DNA of 64,000 nt from a virus. A program made the position numbers and the translations under genes. Within the stretch, counting starts at the first letter, position 1; the number at the start of each line of letters is the position of its first letter. The stretch is taken from positions 96,001-160,000 of the IMG/VR virus record IMGVR_UViG_3300025141_000025; one strand, given 5' to 3'. Below, piece by piece: positions 1 to 8,663 of this stretch. The notes beneath the pieces were generated by a model. It ran no database searches, was not told the DNA's origin, and was given only the letters and a program-made list of their open reading frames with translations.

Positions 1-819
1 AGTAAAAAACTGTTCCTCACTAACCTCTTTGGCCTCTGTGGTGTGAGCGATAAACACGATCTCGGTCTTATCATATTTTGTTCGAATAAATTGGTACAAT
101 AAAAAGAAAAAACTTCTAGCAAGAAATTTCTTGTTTTTTGACATTGAACCTGATATATCCATCATCATTACGATTACTGCATTAGTGTTTTCTTTTAATT
201 TTGGTTTGTAATGTCTGTAGGTGAGATCGTCTTGATGAAATGACCCTTCGAGATTATCCTCTGGGTTGTTTTCACTCATTTCACTTCTTTGTGATGCCTT
301 TAATCTCTTGATTCTGTTTATTGCTGTCTTCTTTTTGTCGAGCCTAGGAATAATCCCTTGAGGTCTGTAACCTGTTCTTTTTAGTTTTTCCGACTTTGAC
401 TTTGTGAACGACTTCCTTTCCATATCTGGTAGTTCAAGCTCATCAAAGAGATACCTTGCCAACTCGTCTAAAGAAATTTCAACTTCATAAAATTCATCGC
501 CCCTTTTATTACCGGCTTTCGCTGGATCACCCTTGGACGATTTTTCCTTTTTTCTAACAATCTGGTCTCTTTCCAATTCCTTACCAGGCGCCGACCCAAC
601 ATTTTTATTAGATGGACCACCACCATAAACAAATCGATATTCTTTAATACCTCTAACAGGAATACGAAATTTTTTCTTTCCATCCTGCCCGATAATGGAT
701 TCATCTGCTACGATATCATGAATTCCGTCTCGAATTGCTTTCTCAATTTTCCGCTTATGGCGTCGACGATCTGATGCAGATCGATCGGCAGTCGTTTTAT
801 GATATGAAAATCCTGACAT
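1..819 (-). CDS. YeaH/YhbH family (DUF444) vWA-like protein, 3'-truncated by window edge
   Basis: Not in the ORF track. Manual translation from ATG at 819 (SD AGGAG) gives MSGFSYHKTTADRSASDRRRHKRKIEKAIRDG...KFRIPVRGIKEYRFVYG...NAVIVMMMDISGSMSKNKKFLARSFFFLLYQF...IVFIAHTTEAKEV, typical of YhbH/YeaH. Confidence 0.9.
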   Translation of the reverse strand, partial: MSGFSYHKTTADRSASDRRRHKRKIEKAIRDGIHDIVADESIIGQDGKKKFRIPVRGIKEYRFVYGGGPSNKNVGSAPGKELERDQIVRKKEKSSKGDPAKAGNKRGDEFYEVEISLDELARYLFDELELPDMERKSFTKSKSEKLKRTGYRPQGIIPRLDKKKTAINRIKRLKASQRSEMSENNPEDNLEGSFHQDDLTYRHYKPKLKENTNAVIVMMMDISGSMSKNKKFLARSFFFLLYQFIRTKYDKTEIVFIAHTTEAKEVSEEQFFT

Positions 820-871
820 TCGCAACTCCTAAACATAAGTATCTCCAGAAATTGTAGTAAAAAATAATGTT

Positions 872-2470
872 CTAGTGAAATTCTGGACCAAACAATTTTT
901 TATTCTTTAACAGAAACCGTTGCCATGAAGAATCTAAAATATAAGTTACAGCAGTATCTGTTTCACTTCTAACTGATCTTCCTACACCTTGAATTATGGT
1001 TTTTGCTGTCTGGAGATCGTACCACCAATTCCATTTATTCATTTTTTTGCGAATCAGCTTGTCACCTAAATATGGAAAAGGAACCTTGCAGATTATTTGA
1101 AACCTTGAAAGGTCATCTTTGAGGTCAACACCTTCTGTCATTGACGGTGATAATAAAACAGTGCAATTTTTTGATTTTATGTGGCGCTGCAGGACCTCGT
1201 CTCGATTTGTACTATCATGGATTAGAAGTCGGGAGCTTTTAATTGTCTTTTTAAGGTGCCAGGCAATTTTATAAGAATGACAATGGATAATGCCCTTTTC
1301 ATTTTTGTGCTCTTGTAATATTGCCTTGACAGCCTCAGTTAATTTGGGCAGTGTTTGATTAATTTCTGCAGCCGACATTTTACCAATACCAGAATAAATT
1401 ATGGGACGATTTTCAACTGGAAAAGGGCACGGTAACTTTAAAGACCCATAATCTTGTACCCCTGATAATTGTGCAAATTTATCTATGTCAACAATAGTGG
1501 CTGACATCAATAAAACAAACTGTCCCATTTTATACAAGTAATCATGCGCGTATGGCGCCACATCAATAGGTTTAAATTCGACCTTCCGCCCAGATCGCTC
1601 CTCAGGAGGAATTTCAGTCATAAGCCAGTTTTCTTTATCATATAAGGCTATGAAAGTCAATACCTTCTGTTCATGACCTGTTAAAATTTCAATCTGTCGA
1701 CTAAGTTTTGAAAATTCCCCACTTTGCATTCTTGCCTTAATGGAGGAATACTTCTCTAGGCCTTTATTGAATTTTTTTATTTTCTTAGATAACGCAGGAT
1801 AATATTCGTTCTTTACCCATTTGACAAACATACCAGGTGTAATTTTTTCTGGTAATGAAATTCCAATAAATGATTTTGCAAAACGTTCAGAAAATGTTAC
1901 TTCAATAAACCTGCTTAATTCTCCGGGAACGTTGTGTGCCTCATCAATGGCAAGCAGTGTTTTTTTTGGTAATTTTCCGCTATAGCGCGTTTCAGTTAGA
2001 AAATAAGAAAAATTTGTTACCCCGTAAGGATCTTCAATAAATTTATCCTTGGCTTTCTTATAGATGCAATTAAACGCACACCGCTTAAAGAAAGGGGAGG
2101 AACGATCGGCTGTTTGTAGCATCTTTCTAGATTCATTACAATTTTGTGTACGATGAAATGTACATGCATAATTTGAAGAAGATTTTAGCGAATTAATTTC
2201 CGGATAATCTTTTCTGTATTGTGTTTGTAATAATTTTTGTGTAGTAAGAATATTAGTTCCACTAGACAAGTCATCACCTTTTTGAAAATAATTTTCAATA
2301 TATCTTGCTACTGTAATGGCAATCGCTGACTTGCCAACACCGGTACCAGCCTCTAAAATGAAGTAATGTTTGCCTGCTTCGAATGCATCTAGAATTGAAT
2401 TAATGGCCTCATCCTGGCCAGGTCTTACATTTTCATACGGAAAAAATTTCTTCCAATCATGTTTTGGCAC
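872..2470 (-). CDS. DinG/XPD(Rad3)-like SF2 helicase with Fe-S cysteines
   Basis: Q motif RPGQ, Walker A AGTGVGKS, DEAH, MSAT, EGVDL, QGVGRSVR; Cys cluster after motif Ia. Confidence 0.9.
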   Translation of the reverse strand: MPKHDWKKFFPYENVRPGQDEAINSILDAFEAGKHYFILEAGTGVGKSAIAITVARYIENYFQKGDDLSSGTNILTTQKLLQTQYRKDYPEINSLKSSSNYACTFHRTQNCNESRKMLQTADRSSPFFKRCAFNCIYKKAKDKFIEDPYGVTNFSYFLTETRYSGKLPKKTLLAIDEAHNVPGELSRFIEVTFSERFAKSFIGISLPEKITPGMFVKWVKNEYYPALSKKIKKFNKGLEKYSSIKARMQSGEFSKLSRQIEILTGHEQKVLTFIALYDKENWLMTEIPPEERSGRKVEFKPIDVAPYAHDYLYKMGQFVLLMSATIVDIDKFAQLSGVQDYGSLKLPCPFPVENRPIIYSGIGKMSAAEINQTLPKLTEAVKAILQEHKNEKGIIHCHSYKIAWHLKKTIKSSRLLIHDSTNRDEVLQRHIKSKNCTVLLSPSMTEGVDLKDDLSRFQIICKVPFPYLGDKLIRKKMNKWNWWYDLQTAKTIIQGVGRSVRSETDTAVTYILDSSWQRFLLKNKKLFGPEFH

Positions 2471-2896
2471 TTATGATCTCCTAGGTTGCCTTTCCCATGC
2501 AATTTTCGTCTTTAACATTGTCGTAGAATAACCGTGATCTCTTTTATGATAATACACGGTCTTACCCAATTCTGCACCGGTATAGTCTTCTACATCAATG
2601 TAATCAGTTCCAAGTATTCTAACATCATGGTGCTCTTGCTTTAAAAGCTCCAAAAGATCAGACTCAGTATTATATGTAACGATTTTATTAATATACTTGA
2701 TAGATTCTAGAATCTCGATCCTGTCTTCCAACGATTGTACGGGCTTACACTTGTCAGGCCTGTCAATAGTTGGATCACCTTGAAGAGCGACAGTTACAAA
2801 ATCACAATGTTCATGTGCGTCTCGAAACATTCTAATATATCCCGGGTGTAAAATGTCAAATGATCCACAGATAATTCCAGTTCCAAATTTTTTCAT
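2471..2896 (-). CDS. cytidylyltransferase family protein (TagD/RfaE-like)
   Basis: GSFDILHPGY (HIGH-like), KYIN, GTDY, YSTT; start moved to MKKFG (SD GGGGGT). Confidence 0.85.
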   Translation of the reverse strand: MKKFGTGIICGSFDILHPGYIRMFRDAHEHCDFVTVALQGDPTIDRPDKCKPVQSLEDRIEILESIKYINKIVTYNTESDLLELLKQEHHDVRILGTDYIDVEDYTGAELGKTVYYHKRDHGYSTTMLKTKIAWERQPRRS

Positions 2897-2910
2897 TATT
2901 ACCCCCAAAG

Positions 2911-3534
2911 TTAATTGATAGCATCTACCAGGCCTAACTCAAGGCATCTTTCAGCAGAAAACCAAAGCTCATGCTTAAGCATTTCTTCTAATTCTTCTTC
3001 TTCAATGTTGGAAGTTTCCAAATATATTTGTTTCACAGTGGCAAATATGTTTTTTTGATTTTCAATCTCATCAATAAACTCATCATGTTTACCTGCCCAT
3101 AAAATTTGAGGTTGATGAATTAGCATAAAAGATCTTTTAGATATAAACCTTTTTTTACCTCGTGATGAAATTAATGTAGCAGCACTGGCTGCCGATCCTT
3201 CAATGTATGTGTAGACATCGGTTTTGCAATTATCAATGGCATCACACACATTTAAACCTGAGAATATATCACCGCCTGGACTCTGAATATGTAGGTGAAT
3301 GGGAGGTCTTCGTTTGAGACCAATACGTTCAGAGAGGTATCCCATTTCGATATCCAATCTTCGAATAATTCTCACCAACTCAAGAGCCTCTTTATCGGTA
3401 ACAGGTGCATAAAAATAAATGTGGTTTTCCTCTACTTCTACACCAGATAACTTACCTTTATCATCGGCCATTAATAATGAAGCCAATCCATGGGCAGCCT
3501 CATCAGTCAAAGAGTTGTTTTCTTCTTCGTTCAT
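2911..3534 (-). CDS. clpP: ClpP-like protease
   Basis: HIQSPGG, GSAASAA (catalytic Ser), FMLIHQP (His), GLVD; start at the ATGA overlap. Confidence 0.85.
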   Translation of the reverse strand: MNEEENNSLTDEAAHGLASLLMADDKGKLSGVEVEENHIYFYAPVTDKEALELVRIIRRLDIEMGYLSERIGLKRRPPIHLHIQSPGGDIFSGLNVCDAIDNCKTDVYTYIEGSAASAATLISSRGKKRFISKRSFMLIHQPQILWAGKHDEFIDEIENQKNIFATVKQIYLETSNIEEEELEEMLKHELWFSAERCLELGLVDAIN

Positions 3535-3974
3535 TCTGTATTTTTTGTCAATGGAAAAGTTCCTAACTGAGTTTTTACTTCTGCGCATGTTATTCCTTTA
3601 AACGCCTTTTGTGGTAGTTCAACAGCATTTGCTACTAATATTTGAAATTTTGCCTGCATTGTGATGACCCTGCTGTTATTGTCTAGGTCCTCAATTTTAG
3701 GCTTTGTGATGATTCTATAATAATTTAATATTCCATTTTCCCATTCTTCGCTATTTTGGTCTACATGTCTTCCTTGAAATACATGCCACACAGTGGGATT
3801 ACGATCAGGAAAAGGTCCACATTGTAAATACATTTTCGCATCTTCTAAAAAGGAAGATGGTACGTCAGCGGTTATACCTTTTTTTACAATGTATGTATAT
3901 GTTTTCTCGACCGTCAACGAATCCAACGGAGCGAACAGTTTCTTCAATTTTTCAATTTCGTTTAATGATTGCAT
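3531..3974 (-). CDS. hypothetical protein
   Basis: 147-aa ORF, ATGA-coupled to clpP. Confidence 0.6.
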   Translation of the reverse strand: MQSLNEIEKLKKLFAPLDSLTVEKTYTYIVKKGITADVPSSFLEDAKMYLQCGPFPDRNPTVWHVFQGRHVDQNSEEWENGILNYYRIITKPKIEDLDNNSRVITMQAKFQILVANAVELPQKAFKGITCAEVKTQLGTFPLTKNTE

Positions 3975-3989
3975 AGTTATTTTTATATC

Positions 3990-4793
3990 ATGGGCATTTT
4001 TACTACTAAAAATATTCTATGCATTTTTTTGATAATTTTCACGATGTCATGGGTATCTTGTACCCAAAGACCTACAAAAATCATACCAAATAGAATCATT
4101 GATCAAAACTCACAGGGCACATACACCACTCTGGTTGAACAAACTGCCCTGGTCGATGTGACAACCTTTGCAAAACCTGTTGGGTGTAAACACGGTGAAT
4201 CCGATGAGATGAAAAAACTGTGTGAGAAGCTTTTAGAAGAGCTACCACCAATCGCTACCCGGGTTGTTGGGACCGGTACATTCATAAGACATGATAAAAA
4301 AATTAAAGTTATTTCTGCAGCGCATGTTTGTGTCCCAGACGACATCCCGGCAGAAATAAAAAATAAAGAAATTACACTAATCATTAAAACAGAGATTACG
4401 ATTGACATTTTATCACAGTCATTTTCAACAAAAGGAACTATCGAAAAACTTGATAACGAAAATGATCTTTGTTTGTTGTCACTCGGTGAAGAGCCCAGCG
4501 TGTTACCTGTTACATTTGCAACAGAAGAACCCCCTAGGGGATCAAAAATTTATTATGCTGGTGCGCCACATGGTATGATGTCAGACACATTTTTAATGAC
4601 ATTTCATGGTACCTTTGCTGGAACATTGCAAAGTGGCCTAATCTTTTCGCTACCTTGCGAATCAGGCACATCAGGATCGCTAATAAGGGATCAACATGGA
4701 AATGCATTTTCTATGGTTCAAAGAATGAATCCAAGATTTAAGCACATGTGCTACGGGCCCAGAACCGAACTTCTTTTGAAATTTCTCAAATAG
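3990..4793 (+). CDS. secreted trypsin-like (S1) serine protease
   Basis: Hydrophobic N-terminus with a lipobox-like WVSC; SAAHVC, NDLCLL, GTSGS triad. One of only two credible plus-strand genes. Confidence 0.75.
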   Translation: MGIFTTKNILCIFLIIFTMSWVSCTQRPTKIIPNRIIDQNSQGTYTTLVEQTALVDVTTFAKPVGCKHGESDEMKKLCEKLLEELPPIATRVVGTGTFIRHDKKIKVISAAHVCVPDDIPAEIKNKEITLIIKTEITIDILSQSFSTKGTIEKLDNENDLCLLSLGEEPSVLPVTFATEEPPRGSKIYYAGAPHGMMSDTFLMTFHGTFAGTLQSGLIFSLPCESGTSGSLIRDQHGNAFSMVQRMNPRFKHMCYGPRTELLLKFLK

Positions 4794-5073
4794 TTTTGCT
4801 ATTTTTATTCATAAAATCAACGCGAAATTTATCAACAACCATTCGAGCATGATGTTCAGCATCCTGTTGAGATCCGAACCTAGAGGTTGGTAAAAGCTTT
4901 TGATCTTTAAAAGAAATATCTAAAAGGCATGTGCCATTGTCTTGAGGATAATATTCAATTTCAAAATCTTGAAATGAATCCCATGTGTTTGGATCTGGAT
5001 CTATTGTATGGTAATTTCTACCAATCTCTTCACGTATTATTTCGTGAATTATTTCTCGTAATACACCGCTCAT
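4786..5073 (-). CDS. hypothetical protein with LRExI-type leader
   Basis: MSGVLREIIHEIIREE; overlap-coupled. Confidence 0.7.
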   Translation of the reverse strand: MSGVLREIIHEIIREEIGRNYHTIDPDPNTWDSFQDFEIEYYPQDNGTCLLDISFKDQKLLPTSRFGSQQDAEHHARMVVDKFRVDFMNKNSKTI

Positions 5074-5522
5074 TATTTACTTGCGACAAAAAGTTCTATA
5101 TCAACTGCAGCGGTATCGGCTGATGCCTTCAAGGAATCAAAATTAGCAAATGACCCAAACGCATCTCCGCCGGCTGATCCTGATATTGAAGGGGATGTGA
5201 ACATCGCTGTTCTTTTTGCAGGAAGTTTGACGTCATAGCGATTTGCAGCACCGGAGGTAAAACTGATTCTTATAAAATTTGTGTCATCCAAATTAGAAAT
5301 CCTGATATACTGAAGATCACCGGTGACGTAGGTACCTGCACCAGCTGTACCACTCAGGGCGAGAATCTCTGTTTCGTATGTGGGTACCGACAGGATTCTT
5401 CGTGATGCTTCGTTAATATCAGTTATTGTTTGAACTACTTTTGCGCCTACTTGATTTCCATTTAGTTTAACATCCTCACTCACGGTAAGGGTGAGTGTGG
5501 CGTTGCTGACAGTACTAGCCAT
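5073..5522 (-). CDS. hypothetical, beta-rich, possible virion protein
   Basis: Thr/Ser/Ala-rich 149-aa ORF in an operon. Confidence 0.65.
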   Translation of the reverse strand: MASTVSNATLTLTVSEDVKLNGNQVGAKVVQTITDINEASRRILSVPTYETEILALSGTAGAGTYVTGDLQYIRISNLDDTNFIRISFTSGAANRYDVKLPAKRTAMFTSPSISGSAGGDAFGSFANFDSLKASADTAAVDIELFVASK

Positions 5523-5754
5523 TATTTTCCTCCATTATAATTCTTTTAAGAATCATTTCTATCAATTCATCGGTACTTTCGTTATTTTCATACGGGCCCT
5601 CAATTGCAGCAATTTGCCCTTGCGCATTTTTTTTGGATGTGTGACAAGCTCGATGTTTTTTACCTTTCTTGTCCGTATAAGTTAAAGACCAATTTCCTTT
5701 ATCACCATCACTTTGCTTACATGGGTTTTTTAGCTTGTTAATCCTATAAGGCAT
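5515..5754 (-). CDS. hypothetical protein
   Basis: 79-aa ORF overlapping both neighbours. Confidence 0.65.
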   Translation of the reverse strand: MPYRINKLKNPCKQSDGDKGNWSLTYTDKKGKKHRACHTSKKNAQGQIAAIEGPYENNESTDELIEMILKRIIMEENNG

Positions 5755-7237
5755 TTCTTTTCCGATGCTCCGAGATTTCGGTATAAATGGCCTCTCTGAT
5801 TATTTTACGAAGCTGTTTTTTGCTCATTTTTATTTTTGTTGTCTTTGTTTCTACTACCACATCCTGAAATGCTGTGGGTGTTAGATCTATATTGAATTTT
5901 TTTGCCAGCTTGACTAACGCAACTGTGGCAATTCCTCCGCCCGGCAGGGCCAACAATCCTAGAAGTGGCAACCCCTTTCCAATATCCTTAACTTGAATTT
6001 TTAATTCTTCTTTTTCTTGTGGAGATAATTTCTGCCCAGCGGCAACTTTACCAAGTAACTTGGCACTTTCCTTAGTTTCAGACATTTCCTGTTTTAATTT
6101 AAGCAGAAAATCCTTGGTTGAAGACACAGCGGCTTTACCCTTTTCTTTAATAAACGACATGGCATCTTGAAATATACCTTCTTGCAGTATGGCATCTTGA
6201 TTTTGTTTCTTAACTTTATAAACCAATGTTCTAATCCTTTCTTCTCCAATAGTACAACTGAATGTTGGGTCTGTCGGCGTCTCTCCCTTAGCGAACTCGT
6301 AGTTGTATATGTCAAGCTCAGTACCCTCGAGACCCTCCGCGGCGTCGTCATGACAGAGTTGTGCAACCCGTCGTGCATTTTCTGGATCATCATCATAAAA
6401 GTGGATGTTCTCTATATTAGGGTTGTGGACTTTGCCTATTAGGTCTTTCTTTGCAGTAGCCGGGTCTGTGGGGTTAAAGTCTGCAGCTCCGTAAACAACA
6501 TCAGCATTTGTACCAAGTTCAGAAGCCAGGAAGTCCTGAATATCTGCCGCATTGGTCGCCGGAATTTTACCTCCGCCCAAAGCATCAAGGTCTGTTTTTC
6601 CTTTTCTTGCAGTCACCACCGCCGTCATGGCACCGTCATTTTCCGCTGCCTGAAATACGTCGAGCATGTTTTCTATTGGTTTTACGTCTGTTCCTATTGT
6701 GCTAGAGGGACTGAAGTCAGCGATGTGTATTTCACCGGTTTTACCTTGATCGAACATGGCTCGTCCTGCCCGACGAATATCATTGCTTACATTTGGACTG
6801 ATTACCAATCTGACATGGTCCCCACCGGGTATGTACTTTTCTTTCCAGTCACGATACTGTTCAGTATCTAGGACTATGGCTTCCGCATCATCAAGCTCAT
6901 CATTACTTCGGACATTATTACCTGACAGACCTGGAGAGTTAAGGCCTGATTGTTGGGGCGATTTTATGCCCTTGATTTTTGAGCCCACCCTCGACCCCAG
7001 GTCTTTGACAGGAGCATAAGAAGTCGGATCGTCCGGGTCTCCCCCATTATACTCAACTGCAGCAACAAGGGTAGGACTAGTGGTAACCCCTAACGTGTCA
7101 TCAAAATCAAACACATGTAAATCACGACTGGGCATTGAATCTATGCCCATTCTAGGGTTGGGATCACCCGATGCCGCGTCTAACTGTTCAGTTAGTAAAC
7201 CAGCTAACTTACACCATCTTTTGTTCACATCACTCAT
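5744..7237 (-). CDS. HAD-superfamily domain protein with C-terminal hydrophobic segment and tag motifs
   Basis: VFDFDDTL, VVTAR, FYDDD; N-terminal RWCKLAGLL and C-terminal MSKKQLRKIIRE. Confidence 0.7.
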   Translation of the reverse strand: MSDVNKRWCKLAGLLTEQLDAASGDPNPRMGIDSMPSRDLHVFDFDDTLGVTTSPTLVAAVEYNGGDPDDPTSYAPVKDLGSRVGSKIKGIKSPQQSGLNSPGLSGNNVRSNDELDDAEAIVLDTEQYRDWKEKYIPGGDHVRLVISPNVSNDIRRAGRAMFDQGKTGEIHIADFSPSSTIGTDVKPIENMLDVFQAAENDGAMTAVVTARKGKTDLDALGGGKIPATNAADIQDFLASELGTNADVVYGAADFNPTDPATAKKDLIGKVHNPNIENIHFYDDDPENARRVAQLCHDDAAEGLEGTELDIYNYEFAKGETPTDPTFSCTIGEERIRTLVYKVKKQNQDAILQEGIFQDAMSFIKEKGKAAVSSTKDFLLKLKQEMSETKESAKLLGKVAAGQKLSPQEKEELKIQVKDIGKGLPLLGLLALPGGGIATVALVKLAKKFNIDLTPTAFQDVVVETKTTKIKMSKKQLRKIIREAIYTEISEHRKRNAL

Positions 7238-7486
7238 GAATTACCTCATTGACCCTAACCTTTACTAATTATTGTGCTGAAAGTCATTCTGAATTTTATA
7301 TGGAACATGTTTTTATGAATGCATACCTGCTGTATATGACACGTTTATCATGAGGTGTTACCAGAAGCTCTCTGGTAAATTCTGGTCATGGCCTTTTGGT
7401 ATACTGGTATGTTTGGTAATGGATTGTCATATGAATCAACCAGGGACCCTCTATGAACATTTATCATGAAAGCCTAGTTTGTGCTG

Positions 7487-8611
7487 CTATGACTTTAAAA
7501 TACCCGCCAATTTTTGCCATCTTTCAAGCACAACTGATTCGTCTTTTCGGACAGGTTCTTTATAGTTTGTGTCACCAGTTGACAGGGTTTTCATTACGTT
7601 TGAGGCATCAAGTTTCGGTCCGGTATCACCACCTGTAAATTGAGGCATGTAAGACCTCTCGGGGCCTTCACCTTTTTTCATTGCAGCCAGGTTTTCTCCA
7701 ACAGTTGTTGCAACCTTTTCACGGACTGTTGCCATATCATCATCTTCTTCTATACCAAACTTTTCTGAATACATTTCTTTAAAGTGATTTGTAATATCAT
7801 CGTTTAGCAATTCGCCTGCTTCACTTGGCTCGCCGACCCTATCAAGAATCATTGTTTTAATTTCGCCAGCACCTTTTCCCAAGATGTTATTGGCTGCACC
7901 ACCTGTTGTCGCCTTTGGAACCGGTTTTACACCAACCTCTGGTTGCGACGCAATAGCGATCTGGGCAACTGCCAACTTTTTGTCTGCATCACCTGGTAAT
8001 CCTAAATCAATAACTTTCAAGTTTGCGCCTGGATTAATTGCCGCGACAGAAGACCAACGATGATGACCATCAATAATATGTTCTCCTGACGCAATAATAT
8101 CACCTATTTCAACTGTACTCTGCATAGAATTGTCTAATGAACCTTTGTCAGACAGGGGATAAGAAATAGATTTCATGAGATCAATTTCATTCTGGGTTGG
8201 AATCATACCCCCAACCGCGGGTGTCTCGCTTCCGACGGATATTTCCTCATCGCCGGGCTCACCGTCTGCAGTTCCCTGCCTGAGAAAATGACGAACTTTT
8301 GGATCTGTGCCTAGTGGACTGTTTAAAAAATCAACAACCGTCGTCACATCCTGCCCGGGAATATTTTTTTCAATTGCTTCTACAGCTTCTTCATCTGTAA
8401 AGATGCTGTTTTCAACTTGTTCTTTATCAGCAGGTTCGTCACTCTGTTTTTTCTCGTCATCAAGATCAGTTGTTTCCTTTTCAACGAGAATAGACATTTC
8501 TTCTTGCAAAATAAGTCGCTGCAATTCACGAGAACTTAATCTTGTAATTTTTCTTTTATTGTTTGAAACTTCTTCTTTGTTTAAACCAAAGATCTCAACT
8601 AGTTTTTTCAT
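7487..8611 (-). CDS. ParB/Srx-like domain protein
   Basis: PTQNEI...IIDGHHRW; C-terminal ERWQKLAGIL; paralog of 18959..20023. Confidence 0.7.
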   Translation of the reverse strand: MKKLVEIFGLNKEEVSNNKRKITRLSSRELQRLILQEEMSILVEKETTDLDDEKKQSDEPADKEQVENSIFTDEEAVEAIEKNIPGQDVTTVVDFLNSPLGTDPKVRHFLRQGTADGEPGDEEISVGSETPAVGGMIPTQNEIDLMKSISYPLSDKGSLDNSMQSTVEIGDIIASGEHIIDGHHRWSSVAAINPGANLKVIDLGLPGDADKKLAVAQIAIASQPEVGVKPVPKATTGGAANNILGKGAGEIKTMILDRVGEPSEAGELLNDDITNHFKEMYSEKFGIEEDDDMATVREKVATTVGENLAAMKKGEGPERSYMPQFTGGDTGPKLDASNVMKTLSTGDTNYKEPVRKDESVVLERWQKLAGILKS

Positions 8612-8663
8612 GAAATGTATCTCCTACTCAAACTAAATATCTAGATATCGTAAAAATGATGAT

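Noticed and set aside
468-704. 78-aa ORF in the track
   Set aside because: Out-of-frame shadow inside the yhbH/yeaH gene
7275-7480. Intergenic gap with ~39-codon ORFs on both strands and a TTTATCATGA direct repeat
   Set aside because: No SD, coupling or recognisable motif to support either ORF or a structured RNA
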